24,000 nt of DNA from contig JBFHXN010000003.1 in NCBI GenBank assembly GCA_041598955.1, positions 1-24,000 on the forward strand. The letters run 5' to 3'. Shown piece after piece: positions 1-6,714 of this stretch. Both the position numbers and the translations under genes were made by a program. The stretch is from Desulfuromonadales bacterium (GTDB lineage: Bacteria; Desulfobacterota; Desulfuromonadia; Desulfuromonadales; JBFHXN01). Within the stretch, counting starts at the first letter, position 1; each line of letters begins with the position of its first letter. The notes under the pieces are model-generated. The model searched no databases and was not told the DNA's origin. It saw only the letters and a list, made by a program, of their open reading frames with translations.

Positions 1-1097
1 AGGCGGTGCGGGTGGAGCCCGGGGCGACCCTGACCGTGCGCCCCGGCGCGGTGGTGACCTTCGCCACGGGGGGGCTGGAGGTGGCCGGGCGGCTCGTCGC
101 CGAGCAGGCCCTCTTCACGGGGAAGGACTGGCAGGGGATCGTTCTCAAGGGGTGCGACGAGGGAACCCTCCTGCGGGAGGTGCGGATCGAGGGGGCCCGC
201 ACGGGACTTCTCGTGACGGGCGGCGCCCCGCGCCTTCTGGGCCTCACCCTCGCGGGGAACGGGACCGGGATGGAGCTTCGGCAGAAGACCGCCGCCGAGG
301 TGGCCGACTCCCTCTTCAGCGGCAACGGGCGGGTGGGGCTCTTCGTCAAGGACGACGCCCTCCCCCGGATCGACGGCAACCGCTTCGAGCACAACGGAAA
401 GTTCGGCGCCTACATCCACCGCTCCACCCCGGCGAGTTTCCGGGGAAACCGCTTCCGGGGCAACCCCACGGGGCTGGCGGTCAGCAACTTCGGGAGCGAC
501 CCCCGCATCGAGGGGAACCTCTTCGAGGAGAACGAACTCGGCATCCTGGTCGACCGGGCCGCCCGCCCCGTCATCTCCGGTAATCGCCTGGAGGGGAACG
601 GCACGGGGTTGAGGCTCTACCGGCGCAGCGACGCCCAGGTGGAGGGAAACCGCTTCGGGGGGACGGGGGTCGCCGTCTCGGTGGCCTACTCCTCCTACCC
701 GCGGATCGCGGGGAATGATTTCGCCGGCCCGGGGCAGGCCCTTTTCCTGGAGTTCCAGTCGGCGCGCTGGGAGGCGGACCGGGGGGCGGCCGCCCGGGAG
801 GAGGAGGTGGCCTCCCGGGGAGCCTTCGGCGGCGCTCCCCGCACCCAGGTGACGGAGGAGGAGCGTCGGGCCAACGGTCTCGACGGCACCGTCGATGCCC
901 GGGGGAACTGGTGGGGGGAGGCGGGGACGGCTGAACTGCATCGCATCGGCCCGGGAGGAAACCCCTCCTTCATCCATGACGGCCGGGATGCTCCGACCTT
1001 CATCGAGGGGGGGAAGAGCTACCCTCTCGACACCGTGCGCTTCGCCCCCTGGAGCGAGACGCCCCTGACGGCGGGGAAGGCCCGGCCCGCACCCTAG
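1..1097 (+). CDS. Right-handed parallel beta-helix (PbH1/NosD-like) repeat protein, 5' end cut by the window edge (paralog A1)
   Basis: The frame is open from the window start. It shows about 22-aa repeats of the form NRF.GN..G (NRFEHNGKFGAYI, NRFRGNPTGLAV, NLFEENELGILV, NRLEGNGTGLRL, NRFGGTGVAVSV, NDFAGPGQALFL) and a C-terminal NWWGE ... RFAPW module. It aligns along its length with the 2328..3701 product and lacks only about 45 N-terminal residues, including the signal peptide. Confidence 0.8.
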   Translation, partial: AVRVEPGATLTVRPGAVVTFATGGLEVAGRLVAEQALFTGKDWQGIVLKGCDEGTLLREVRIEGARTGLLVTGGAPRLLGLTLAGNGTGMELRQKTAAEVADSLFSGNGRVGLFVKDDALPRIDGNRFEHNGKFGAYIHRSTPASFRGNRFRGNPTGLAVSNFGSDPRIEGNLFEENELGILVDRAARPVISGNRLEGNGTGLRLYRRSDAQVEGNRFGGTGVAVSVAYSSYPRIAGNDFAGPGQALFLEFQSARWEADRGAAAREEEVASRGAFGGAPRTQVTEEERRANGLDGTVDARGNWWGEAGTAELHRIGPGGNPSFIHDGRDAPTFIEGGKSYPLDTVRFAPWSETPLTAGKARPAP

Positions 1098-1105
1098 GAC
1101 GCAAG

Positions 1106-1134
1106 GGGACTGGCTCCCGCAGGGTGCCTGTCCC
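1106..1134. repeat. 29-nt palindromic hairpin element with symmetric T-T mismatches, copy 1
   Basis: gggacTggcTcccgcagggTgccTgtccc lies 9 nt after the A1 stop. An identical 29-mer lies at 15258..15286. Confidence 0.7.
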
Positions 1135-1183
1135 TGTCGGTCGAGAACGGATCTACCCCGTCTCGACGAGCCCGAAGTTCACC

Positions 1184-1220
1184 CCCTCTCCCTGGACGGG
1201 AGAGGGCCGGGGTGAGGGTG
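1184..1220. repeat. REP-like hairpin element, copy 1 (ccctctccc-N5-gggagaggg + ccggggtgagggtg)
   Basis: A 9-bp perfect stem (1184-1192 with 1198-1206) is followed by ccggggtgagggtg. A near-identical copy lies at 9407..9443. It translates to the spurious peptide SPWTGEGRGEGE in track ORF 1124. Confidence 0.75.
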
Positions 1221-1318
1221 AAAATCCGATCCTTCCGCTCCCGGCTCCCCGCCGGTCTTGCGTGCCCTTTGAACCATGCCCCCTGTTTTCAGGGGCTCAC
1301 GTCACGGGACATCCGACC

Positions 1319-2347
1319 ATGAAGCGACTGGCACTGATTCTGATCCTCCTCACCGCCGCCGCGCCGGCCCTCGCCTCCTCGGGGATCAAGGGCAGGGTCG
1401 CCTGGCGGGGGGAGTTGGTCCCCGAGGTGAGGGTGCGGGCCTACCGTGCCGTGGCCGACATCGCCCGGGGTGCCGCCGTGGCCGTCTCCGCGCCGGCGGC
1501 CACCGACGGCACCTACCGCCTCGAACTCCCCCCGGGAGAGTATTACCTCACCGCACGGGACTTCGAGGGGGCCCCGGTCCCGGGGGGGCATTTCTGCTAC
1601 TATAGTGGCGGTCCCGTGCGGGTCAGCGAGGGGAGCTATACCAACGTCGGCTTCAACCTGATCCGCATCCCGACCGAGGCGCCCCCCGAGGCGGGCTCCT
1701 TCACCGGGTTGCGCGGGGAGATCACCTTCCAGGGTGAGCCCCTCGAGAAAAGCTATCTCTATGTCTACCGGGACGGGGAGAAGGGGTTCAAGGGCCCCGG
1801 CTACCTGATCCATCCCGTGGAGCGGGGCACCTTCCGCCTGCGCCTCCCCCCGGGAGACTACTACCTGCTGGCCCGCAAGCGGGCTGTCGGGGGGATGTAC
1901 GGTCCCATCGAGATCGGAGACCATTTCAACTACTACTTCGGCAACCCCGTGCGGGTGGAGGCGGGGAAGGTCCGGGAGGTGAAGATCGAGACCATTACCC
2001 GCCTCTCCATGCTCGAGGAGGAGACGGCGCTCCCCTTTCACGGGGTGCGGGGAACCATTCTCGGCCCGGGGGACAAACCGGTTGCTGGGGTGCGGGTCTT
2101 CGCCTACCGCGACGCCGGGATGACCGGAACCCCGGCCTACTTCTCCCCCCCGACAGCCGCCGACGGCCGCTTCGAACTGGCGGTGCCGCTGGGGGAGGGT
2201 TTCTTCCTGCTGGCCCGGCAGAGCTTCGGCGGCCCGGCCGAGCCGGGGGAATTCTATGGCCGTTACGCCGGCCGGCCCGACCCCAGGGTGACGGTGGCGG
2301 AGAAAGAGAGCCTCGAGGTGACCATTCATGTGCAACCGCAGCCCTAG
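1319..2347 (+). CDS. Secreted protein with three tandem carboxypeptidase-regulatory-like (beta-sandwich) domains (paralog B1)
   Basis: The ATG at 1319 gives the signal peptide MKRLALILILLTAAAPALA-SS. Three ~100-aa repeats each begin G(I/L/V)(K/R)G.(V/I) and contain DG.(Y/F)RL.LPPG.YYL.AR ... NPVRV. The track ORF start at 1124 would translate two intergenic repeat elements, so it was not used. Confidence 0.75.
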   Translation: MKRLALILILLTAAAPALASSGIKGRVAWRGELVPEVRVRAYRAVADIARGAAVAVSAPAATDGTYRLELPPGEYYLTARDFEGAPVPGGHFCYYSGGPVRVSEGSYTNVGFNLIRIPTEAPPEAGSFTGLRGEITFQGEPLEKSYLYVYRDGEKGFKGPGYLIHPVERGTFRLRLPPGDYYLLARKRAVGGMYGPIEIGDHFNYYFGNPVRVEAGKVREVKIETITRLSMLEEETALPFHGVRGTILGPGDKPVAGVRVFAYRDAGMTGTPAYFSPPTAADGRFELAVPLGEGFFLLARQSFGGPAEPGEFYGRYAGRPDPRVTVAEKESLEVTIHVQPQP

Positions 2348-3701
2348 ACGCCTGGCTTTTGTGACACTCGTCCTGCTGGCCCTGGCCGCGGCCTGGTCCG
2401 GCCCCTCCGCGGCGGCCGAGCAGCGCGTCGAGGGGACCGCCCGCTGGAGCGGGGAGGTCCGCCTCAAGGGGACGGTGCTCGTCGCCCCGGGCGCCGTCCT
2501 GACCGTGGCGCCGGGGACGGTGATCCGTCCCGCGACCCCCGCCGACCGCATCGTGGTGCAGGGAGTGCTCAAGGTCGAGGGGACGGCCCAGGCCCCGGTC
2601 CGTTTCGTCGCCCCGAAAGGATGGCAGGGGATCGAGTTCGTCGAGTCCCCCGACGGCAGCGTCCTGCGCCATGCCGAGTTCCAGGGAGCCCAGGCAGCGG
2701 TGAGCTGCCTCGCCTCCTCCCCGGCCATCCTCTTCTGCTCCTTCCGTGACTGCGAGGCGGGGGTGAAGCTGCTGCGGGAGTCGGGATCCCGCATCGAGGA
2801 CTGCCTCTTCTCCGGCAACCAGATCGGCATCGACAACGAGATGAAGTCCTTCCCCGTCATCCGCCGCAACCGCTTCCTGGGGCAGGGCAAGTCGGGGATC
2901 GTCGCCTCCAACAACAGCCGGGGCGCCATCGAGGAGAACCTCTTCGAGAAGAACAAGCAGGCCGTGGGGCTGCACACCAAGTATCCCGACCGGGTGGCCA
3001 AAAACCGCTTCATCGACAACGAGACGGCCCTCTTCTGCTACCAGAGCCAGAACACTCCCCTGGTGACCGGCAACCTCTTCGAGAAGAACCAGGCCGCCCT
3101 GGTCAACTTTTCCTTCGCCTACCCGGCGGTGGAGGAGAACCGCTTCATCGGCAACCAGACGGCGGTCCGCAACGACCAGTTCGGATCGGCCCGCATCGTC
3201 CGCAACCTCTTCCGGGAGAACGGCACCGCCCTCTTCAACAACCGCAAGTCCAACCCCCAGGTGGAGAAGAACCTCTTCGAGAAGAACGGCCTGGCCCTCT
3301 TCGTCGACTACTCCTCCTACCCCAAGGTGCGGGACAACAACTTCATCGGAAACAAGAAGGGGGTGGAACTCGGCATCTACCAGAGCGCCGACTGGGAGAA
3401 GCGCTCCGGCTCCCGGCGCCTCGTCCAGGAGGAGGCCCAGGCCCGGGGGAGCCGCAATCCCCTCATCGCCCAGGCTCCCAACGCTTTCGAGGATTTCGTC
3501 GACGTGCGGCAGAACTGGTGGGGGGAGGATACCAGACTGCTCGCCGCCGCCGGCCCCGAGGGGAACGTCGCCATCTTCTTCGACCGCAGGGACAAGCCGA
3601 AGGTCACCTACGAGGGGTACGGGCAGGGGAGCTTCGTCCTTGACTGGGTCCGTTTCCACCCCTGGCTGGAGGCACCGGTGGCCGACGTGGGGCCGAAGTG
3701 A
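2328..3701 (+). CDS. Secreted right-handed parallel beta-helix (PbH1/NosD-like) repeat protein (paralog A2)
   Basis: The signal peptide is MCNRSPRRLAFVTLVLLALAAAWSGPSAAA. At least 10 repeats follow of the type N(L/R)F..N..A(L/V) (NLFEKNKQAVGL, NRFIDNETALFC, NLFEKNQAALVN, NRFIGNQTAVRN, NLFRENGTALFN, NLFEKNGLALFV, NNFIGNKKGVEL). The C-terminal module is NWWGE ... VRFHPW. The start overlaps the B1 stop by 20 nt. Confidence 0.85.
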   Translation: MCNRSPRRLAFVTLVLLALAAAWSGPSAAAEQRVEGTARWSGEVRLKGTVLVAPGAVLTVAPGTVIRPATPADRIVVQGVLKVEGTAQAPVRFVAPKGWQGIEFVESPDGSVLRHAEFQGAQAAVSCLASSPAILFCSFRDCEAGVKLLRESGSRIEDCLFSGNQIGIDNEMKSFPVIRRNRFLGQGKSGIVASNNSRGAIEENLFEKNKQAVGLHTKYPDRVAKNRFIDNETALFCYQSQNTPLVTGNLFEKNQAALVNFSFAYPAVEENRFIGNQTAVRNDQFGSARIVRNLFRENGTALFNNRKSNPQVEKNLFEKNGLALFVDYSSYPKVRDNNFIGNKKGVELGIYQSADWEKRSGSRRLVQEEAQARGSRNPLIAQAPNAFEDFVDVRQNWWGEDTRLLAAAGPEGNVAIFFDRRDKPKVTYEGYGQGSFVLDWVRFHPWLEAPVADVGPK

Positions 3702-4738
3702 TGAGGGTCCGGATCCTTCTTCTGGCCGCTCTGCTCTTGCCGGGCGCCCTGCAGGCAGCCCTGGTGGAGGGGAGGGTGGTCTCGGCCGAGAGCCCCCTGG
3801 CCGGGGTCCGGGTGGAAGCCCACTCCACCCTCGATTATTCGGGGCCCCCGGTGGCGGTTTCGGGGCCCAGTGCAGCGGACGGGAGCTACCGGATGGATCT
3901 GCCCGAGGGGCTCTACGCCTTTTTCGCCCGGGACGCCGACCGGGGCCTTTTCGCCTTCTGCGGCCAGAACCCCGTGGCCGTCGGCGGGGAGAGCGTCTGG
4001 GTCGGGCTGCAGGCGATTCCCTTCCGGGCCCCCGAGCGGCGCCCCTACGACAACGAGTATGCCGGGGCCGTCGAGGGGGTGGTGCTCTTCGAGGGGGCCC
4101 CCCTGGAGGGGGCTTATCTCTCCCTTTATCTCGATGTGGCGGAGGACCTCAAAGGGCAGGGGTACCGCCTCTCCCCCCCCACGGGGCCCGACGGACGCTT
4201 CGCCTTTGACGATCTGCCCGAAAGCGGATATTTTCTCGTCGCCCGCAAGCGTCAGGGGGGGGGACGGGTCGGCCCCGTCCGGGAGGGGGATCACCTGGCC
4301 GTCTTCGGCGGCAATCCCCTGGCCGTGCGGGCCGGGGAGTCGATCCGGGTCGTCCTGGAGGCCGTTGCCAAGGTTCGCCCGGCCTCCGGCGCGGAAACCC
4401 TCGGGCGGGTCACGGGCAACGGTTTCCGGGGGATGGTGACCGACGCCGCAGGGAAGCCCGTGGCCGGGATGCACGTCTTCGCCTACACCGACCGGGTCAT
4501 CGGTCACCAGCGCCCCGCGGCCCTTTCGGCCCCCACGGGGCCCGACGGTCGCTTCGAGGTCCACCTGCCCGAACCGGGCACCTATTTCGTCGGCGCCCGC
4601 AGGGACTACGGGGATTCCCCGGCCCCCGGCGAGCCCTTCGGCCTGTACGATGCGACGGCGGACCACGGCCTTGCGATCCCTCCGGGGACGATTCTGGAGG
4701 GGATCCGGATCGTGGTCGAGCCGATCAACCTGCAATAG
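3701..4738 (+). CDS. Secreted protein with three tandem carboxypeptidase-regulatory-like domains (paralog B2)
   Basis: The signal peptide is MRVRILLLAALLLPGALQA. The three-domain plan matches B1 (DGSYRMDLPEGLYAFFAR, DGRFAFDDLPESGYFLVARKRQGGGRVGPVREGDH, DGRFEVHLPEPGTYFVGAR). The ATG at 3701 overlaps the A2 TGA (gTGATGa). A GTG at 3698 is an alternative start. Confidence 0.75.
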   Translation: MRVRILLLAALLLPGALQAALVEGRVVSAESPLAGVRVEAHSTLDYSGPPVAVSGPSAADGSYRMDLPEGLYAFFARDADRGLFAFCGQNPVAVGGESVWVGLQAIPFRAPERRPYDNEYAGAVEGVVLFEGAPLEGAYLSLYLDVAEDLKGQGYRLSPPTGPDGRFAFDDLPESGYFLVARKRQGGGRVGPVREGDHLAVFGGNPLAVRAGESIRVVLEAVAKVRPASGAETLGRVTGNGFRGMVTDAAGKPVAGMHVFAYTDRVIGHQRPAALSAPTGPDGRFEVHLPEPGTYFVGARRDYGDSPAPGEPFGLYDATADHGLAIPPGTILEGIRIVVEPINLQ

Positions 4739-4740
4739 GG

Positions 4741-4860
4741 GACTGTTGAAAAACGCCGGTCTGCCGCGCTCCCCTCGTCCCTCGGCCTCGACGTAGCTTT
4801 CGCTATGCCTAACGCCTCGGAACTTCGGGCGCCTCGCATCCAGGCATTATTGAACAGCCC
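4741..4860. repeat. ~120-nt MITE-like palindromic intergenic element, copy 1
   Basis: The element starts 2 nt after the B2 stop. Its imperfect terminal inverted repeats are gactgttgaaaaac ... ttattgaacagccc, around a conserved core cgacgtagctttcgctatgcct. It aligns at roughly 70% identity by eye with 9184..9305. Confidence 0.7.
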
Positions 4861-4902
4861 AAGATTCCATGCTTTTGAGTGCAAACTGCAAAGGGAGGGA
4901 CC

Positions 4903-5208
4903 ATGAGCAGCAAACCGGAGCAACCCGAGGTCAAGCTGGAGATCCAGGTCGACGAGGAGACCGCACAGGGGGTTTACGCCAACCTGGCGGTGGTCAACCA
5001 CAGCGACGCCGAATTCACCCTCGACTTCATCTTCGTGCAACCCCAGGTTCCCCGGGGCAAGGTGCGGACCCGGGTGATCACCTCCCCCCGGCATGTCAAG
5101 CGCCTGTTGCAGGCCCTGCAGGAGAATCTGCGCAAGTACGAGGAGAAGTTCGGCGTCATCGAGACCGGCGGGGCACAGGGCCCCGCGCCGGCGGGGGATT
5201 ATCACTGA
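4903..5208 (+). CDS. DUF3467 family small protein
   Basis: MSSKPEQPEVKLEIQVDEETAQGVYANLAVVNHSDAEFTLDFIF...RVITSPRHVKRLLQALQENLRKYEEKFG matches my memory of the DUF3467 pattern (GxYSNLAxxxHSxxEFxxDF ... P.HAKRLL.AL..N..KYE). The RBS GGGAGGG at 4893-4899 sits 3 nt upstream of the ATG at 4903. The GTG at 4879 used by the track is less likely. Confidence 0.7.
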   Translation: MSSKPEQPEVKLEIQVDEETAQGVYANLAVVNHSDAEFTLDFIFVQPQVPRGKVRTRVITSPRHVKRLLQALQENLRKYEEKFGVIETGGAQGPAPAGDYH

Positions 5209-5228
5209 GGGAAAGGGACGGGGCATCG

Positions 5229-6101
5229 ATGGGCAGACGCCTTTCACTCCTGGCCGCCCTCCTGGTTTTGGGAGGCTGCGCGGCGGCCCGGCCCGCTGCG
5301 ATCCTTGAGGATGCTGTGATCGCCGGCGAGGCCGTCTGGTCCGGGGAGGTGCGCATCCGGGGAATCGTCACCGTGAAGAAGGGGGGACGGCTCACCATCC
5401 TTCCGGGTACCCGGGTGGTCTTCGAGAAGCTCGACCGGGACGGCGACGGCATCGGCGACGGGGAGCTGCTCGTGGAGGGGGCCCTGGTGGCCAAGGGTCG
5501 CCCGGGCGAGCCGATCCTCTTCACCAGCGGGGCCGACAGGCCGGCCCGGGCCGACTGGAAGTTCATCTATCTCGACTTCGCCCGGGAGGGGGTCCTCGAG
5601 CAGGTGGTCGCCGAGTATGCCTACAGCGGTATCCAGGTCCACTTCTGCGCCGCCTCCATCACCGACTCGGTCTTCCGCCACAATGTCGACGGGGTCCGCT
5701 TCTCCACCGCCCGGGTCGAGGTGGCCGGCAACCGCATCCACGACAACACCCACGGCATCCGCTACGAGGAGCGCCGGGGGAGCGGGCGGGTCCATCACAA
5801 CGACATCGTCGGCAACGACGTGGGGATCTTCGTGGTGACCCGCGCCGAGGATCGCACGAGCATCGAGGAGAACAACGTGACGGGCAACCTGCGGTACAAT
5901 GTGAAAATGGGGCTTGACCAGGCCGGGGACGTTACCTTCCCCCGCACCTGGTGGGGCACCGTCGATCCGGCGGAGATCGCCGGCACCTTTTTCGACAAGA
6001 CGTTCGACCCCGCCCTCGGGCGGGTCCGGGCCCCGGAGCCCCTGGCGGCGCCGGTGGCCATCGATACCTGGAGACACGCGCAAGGAGGCTCAGGCATATG
6101 A
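5229..6101 (+). CDS. Beta-helix (PbH1/NosD-like) repeat lipoprotein (paralog A3, short)
   Basis: MGRRLSLLAALLVLGGC carries an LGGC lipobox. The N-terminal segment VWSGEVRIRGIVTVKKGGRLTILPGTRVVF parallels A1 and A2. It also has an acidic loop DRDGDGIGDGE, repeats (NRIHDNTHGIRY, NDIVGNDVGIFV, NNVTGNLRYNV) and a C-terminal TWWG motif. The upstream part of track ORF 4869 is Arg/Gly/Pro-rich off-frame sequence overlapping the DUF3467 gene. Confidence 0.7.
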   Translation: MGRRLSLLAALLVLGGCAAARPAAILEDAVIAGEAVWSGEVRIRGIVTVKKGGRLTILPGTRVVFEKLDRDGDGIGDGELLVEGALVAKGRPGEPILFTSGADRPARADWKFIYLDFAREGVLEQVVAEYAYSGIQVHFCAASITDSVFRHNVDGVRFSTARVEVAGNRIHDNTHGIRYEERRGSGRVHHNDIVGNDVGIFVVTRAEDRTSIEENNVTGNLRYNVKMGLDQAGDVTFPRTWWGTVDPAEIAGTFFDKTFDPALGRVRAPEPLAAPVAIDTWRHAQGGSGI

Positions 6102-6703
6102 AAGGATTCTTCCGGAAATCGGCCCTCGTGGCCATGCTCGCCCTCTTCCCCCTGGCGGTTGTGCAGCCGGCCGTGGCCTGCGTCGGCAAGACCCTGGTCA
6201 TCGGCTCCAAGGGGACGGTCCAGCAGGACATCATGGCCCAGCTCCTCGCCCTGCTCATCAGCGAGCGGACCGGGACCACCTCCAAGGTGGTGAAGTTCGA
6301 TTCGACCGCCGCCGCCCACGAGGCGCTTCTGCGGGCCGACCTCGACCTCTACGTGGAGTACACCGGGGTCGGGCAGACGGAGATCCTCAAGGGGGAGGCC
6401 TTTTCCGACCGGGAACGGCTCTACGGCGAGGTCAAGGCACGCTACAACCAGGATCTCAACCTCATCTGGCTGCAGCCCCTCGGCTTCGAGGAGCCCTCCG
6501 TCGTCCCCCCCGGGGTCCCCGCCCAGGCGGCTCCGGTGGTTCGCAAGGACACCCTGAAGAAGTTCCCGGCCCTGGCCCGGCTCATCGACAAGCTGGGGGG
6601 CGCCATCGACGGCGAGACCATGAAGCGCCTGGAGAAGGAGGCGGCGGGGGAGAATTTGAGAGAGGTGGCGAGACGCTTCCTCAAGGATCGAAAGCTGATT
6701 TAG
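6098..6703 (+). CDS. Exported OpuAC/ProX-like (glycine-betaine-type) substrate-binding-domain protein, unusually short
   Basis: The RBS AAGGAGG lies at 6082-6088, and the ATG at 6098 overlaps the A3 stop (ATGA). The signal peptide is MKGFFRKSALVAMLALFPLAVVQPAVAC. KTLVIGSKGTVQQDIMAQLLALLISERTG ... ADLDLYVEYTGVG and the C-terminal AIDGETMKRLEKEAAGENLREVARRFLKDRKLI resemble the two ends of OpuAC-family binding proteins. The product is only 201 aa. Confidence 0.5.
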   Translation: MKGFFRKSALVAMLALFPLAVVQPAVACVGKTLVIGSKGTVQQDIMAQLLALLISERTGTTSKVVKFDSTAAAHEALLRADLDLYVEYTGVGQTEILKGEAFSDRERLYGEVKARYNQDLNLIWLQPLGFEEPSVVPPGVPAQAAPVVRKDTLKKFPALARLIDKLGGAIDGETMKRLEKEAAGENLREVARRFLKDRKLI

Positions 6704-6714
6704 GAGAGAGCCCC

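Noticed and set aside
1124-1318. N-terminal extension of the B1 ORF (track start 1124)
   Set aside because: The extension is a translation of the 29-nt hairpin and the REP-like element (…SPWTGEGRGEGE…). A proper signal peptide begins at the ATG at 1319.
1289-4735. Very long minus-strand ORFs (1289..3019, 1995..3659, 3608..4735) antisense to the A/B genes
   Set aside because: Their translations are Arg/Gly/Pro/Ala-rich low-complexity sequence with no motifs, which is typical of open off-frames in high-GC DNA. The + strand frames carry signal peptides, periodic repeats and start/stop coupling.
4869-5228. N-terminal 120 codons of track ORF 4869..6101, and similar extensions of 5951..6703, 5914..7638 and 14750..15925
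   Set aside because: These extensions are Arg/Gly/Pro-rich and overlap better-supported genes in other frames. Internal ATGs with RBS sites and signal or Tat peptides mark the real starts (5229, 6098, 6715, 15368).
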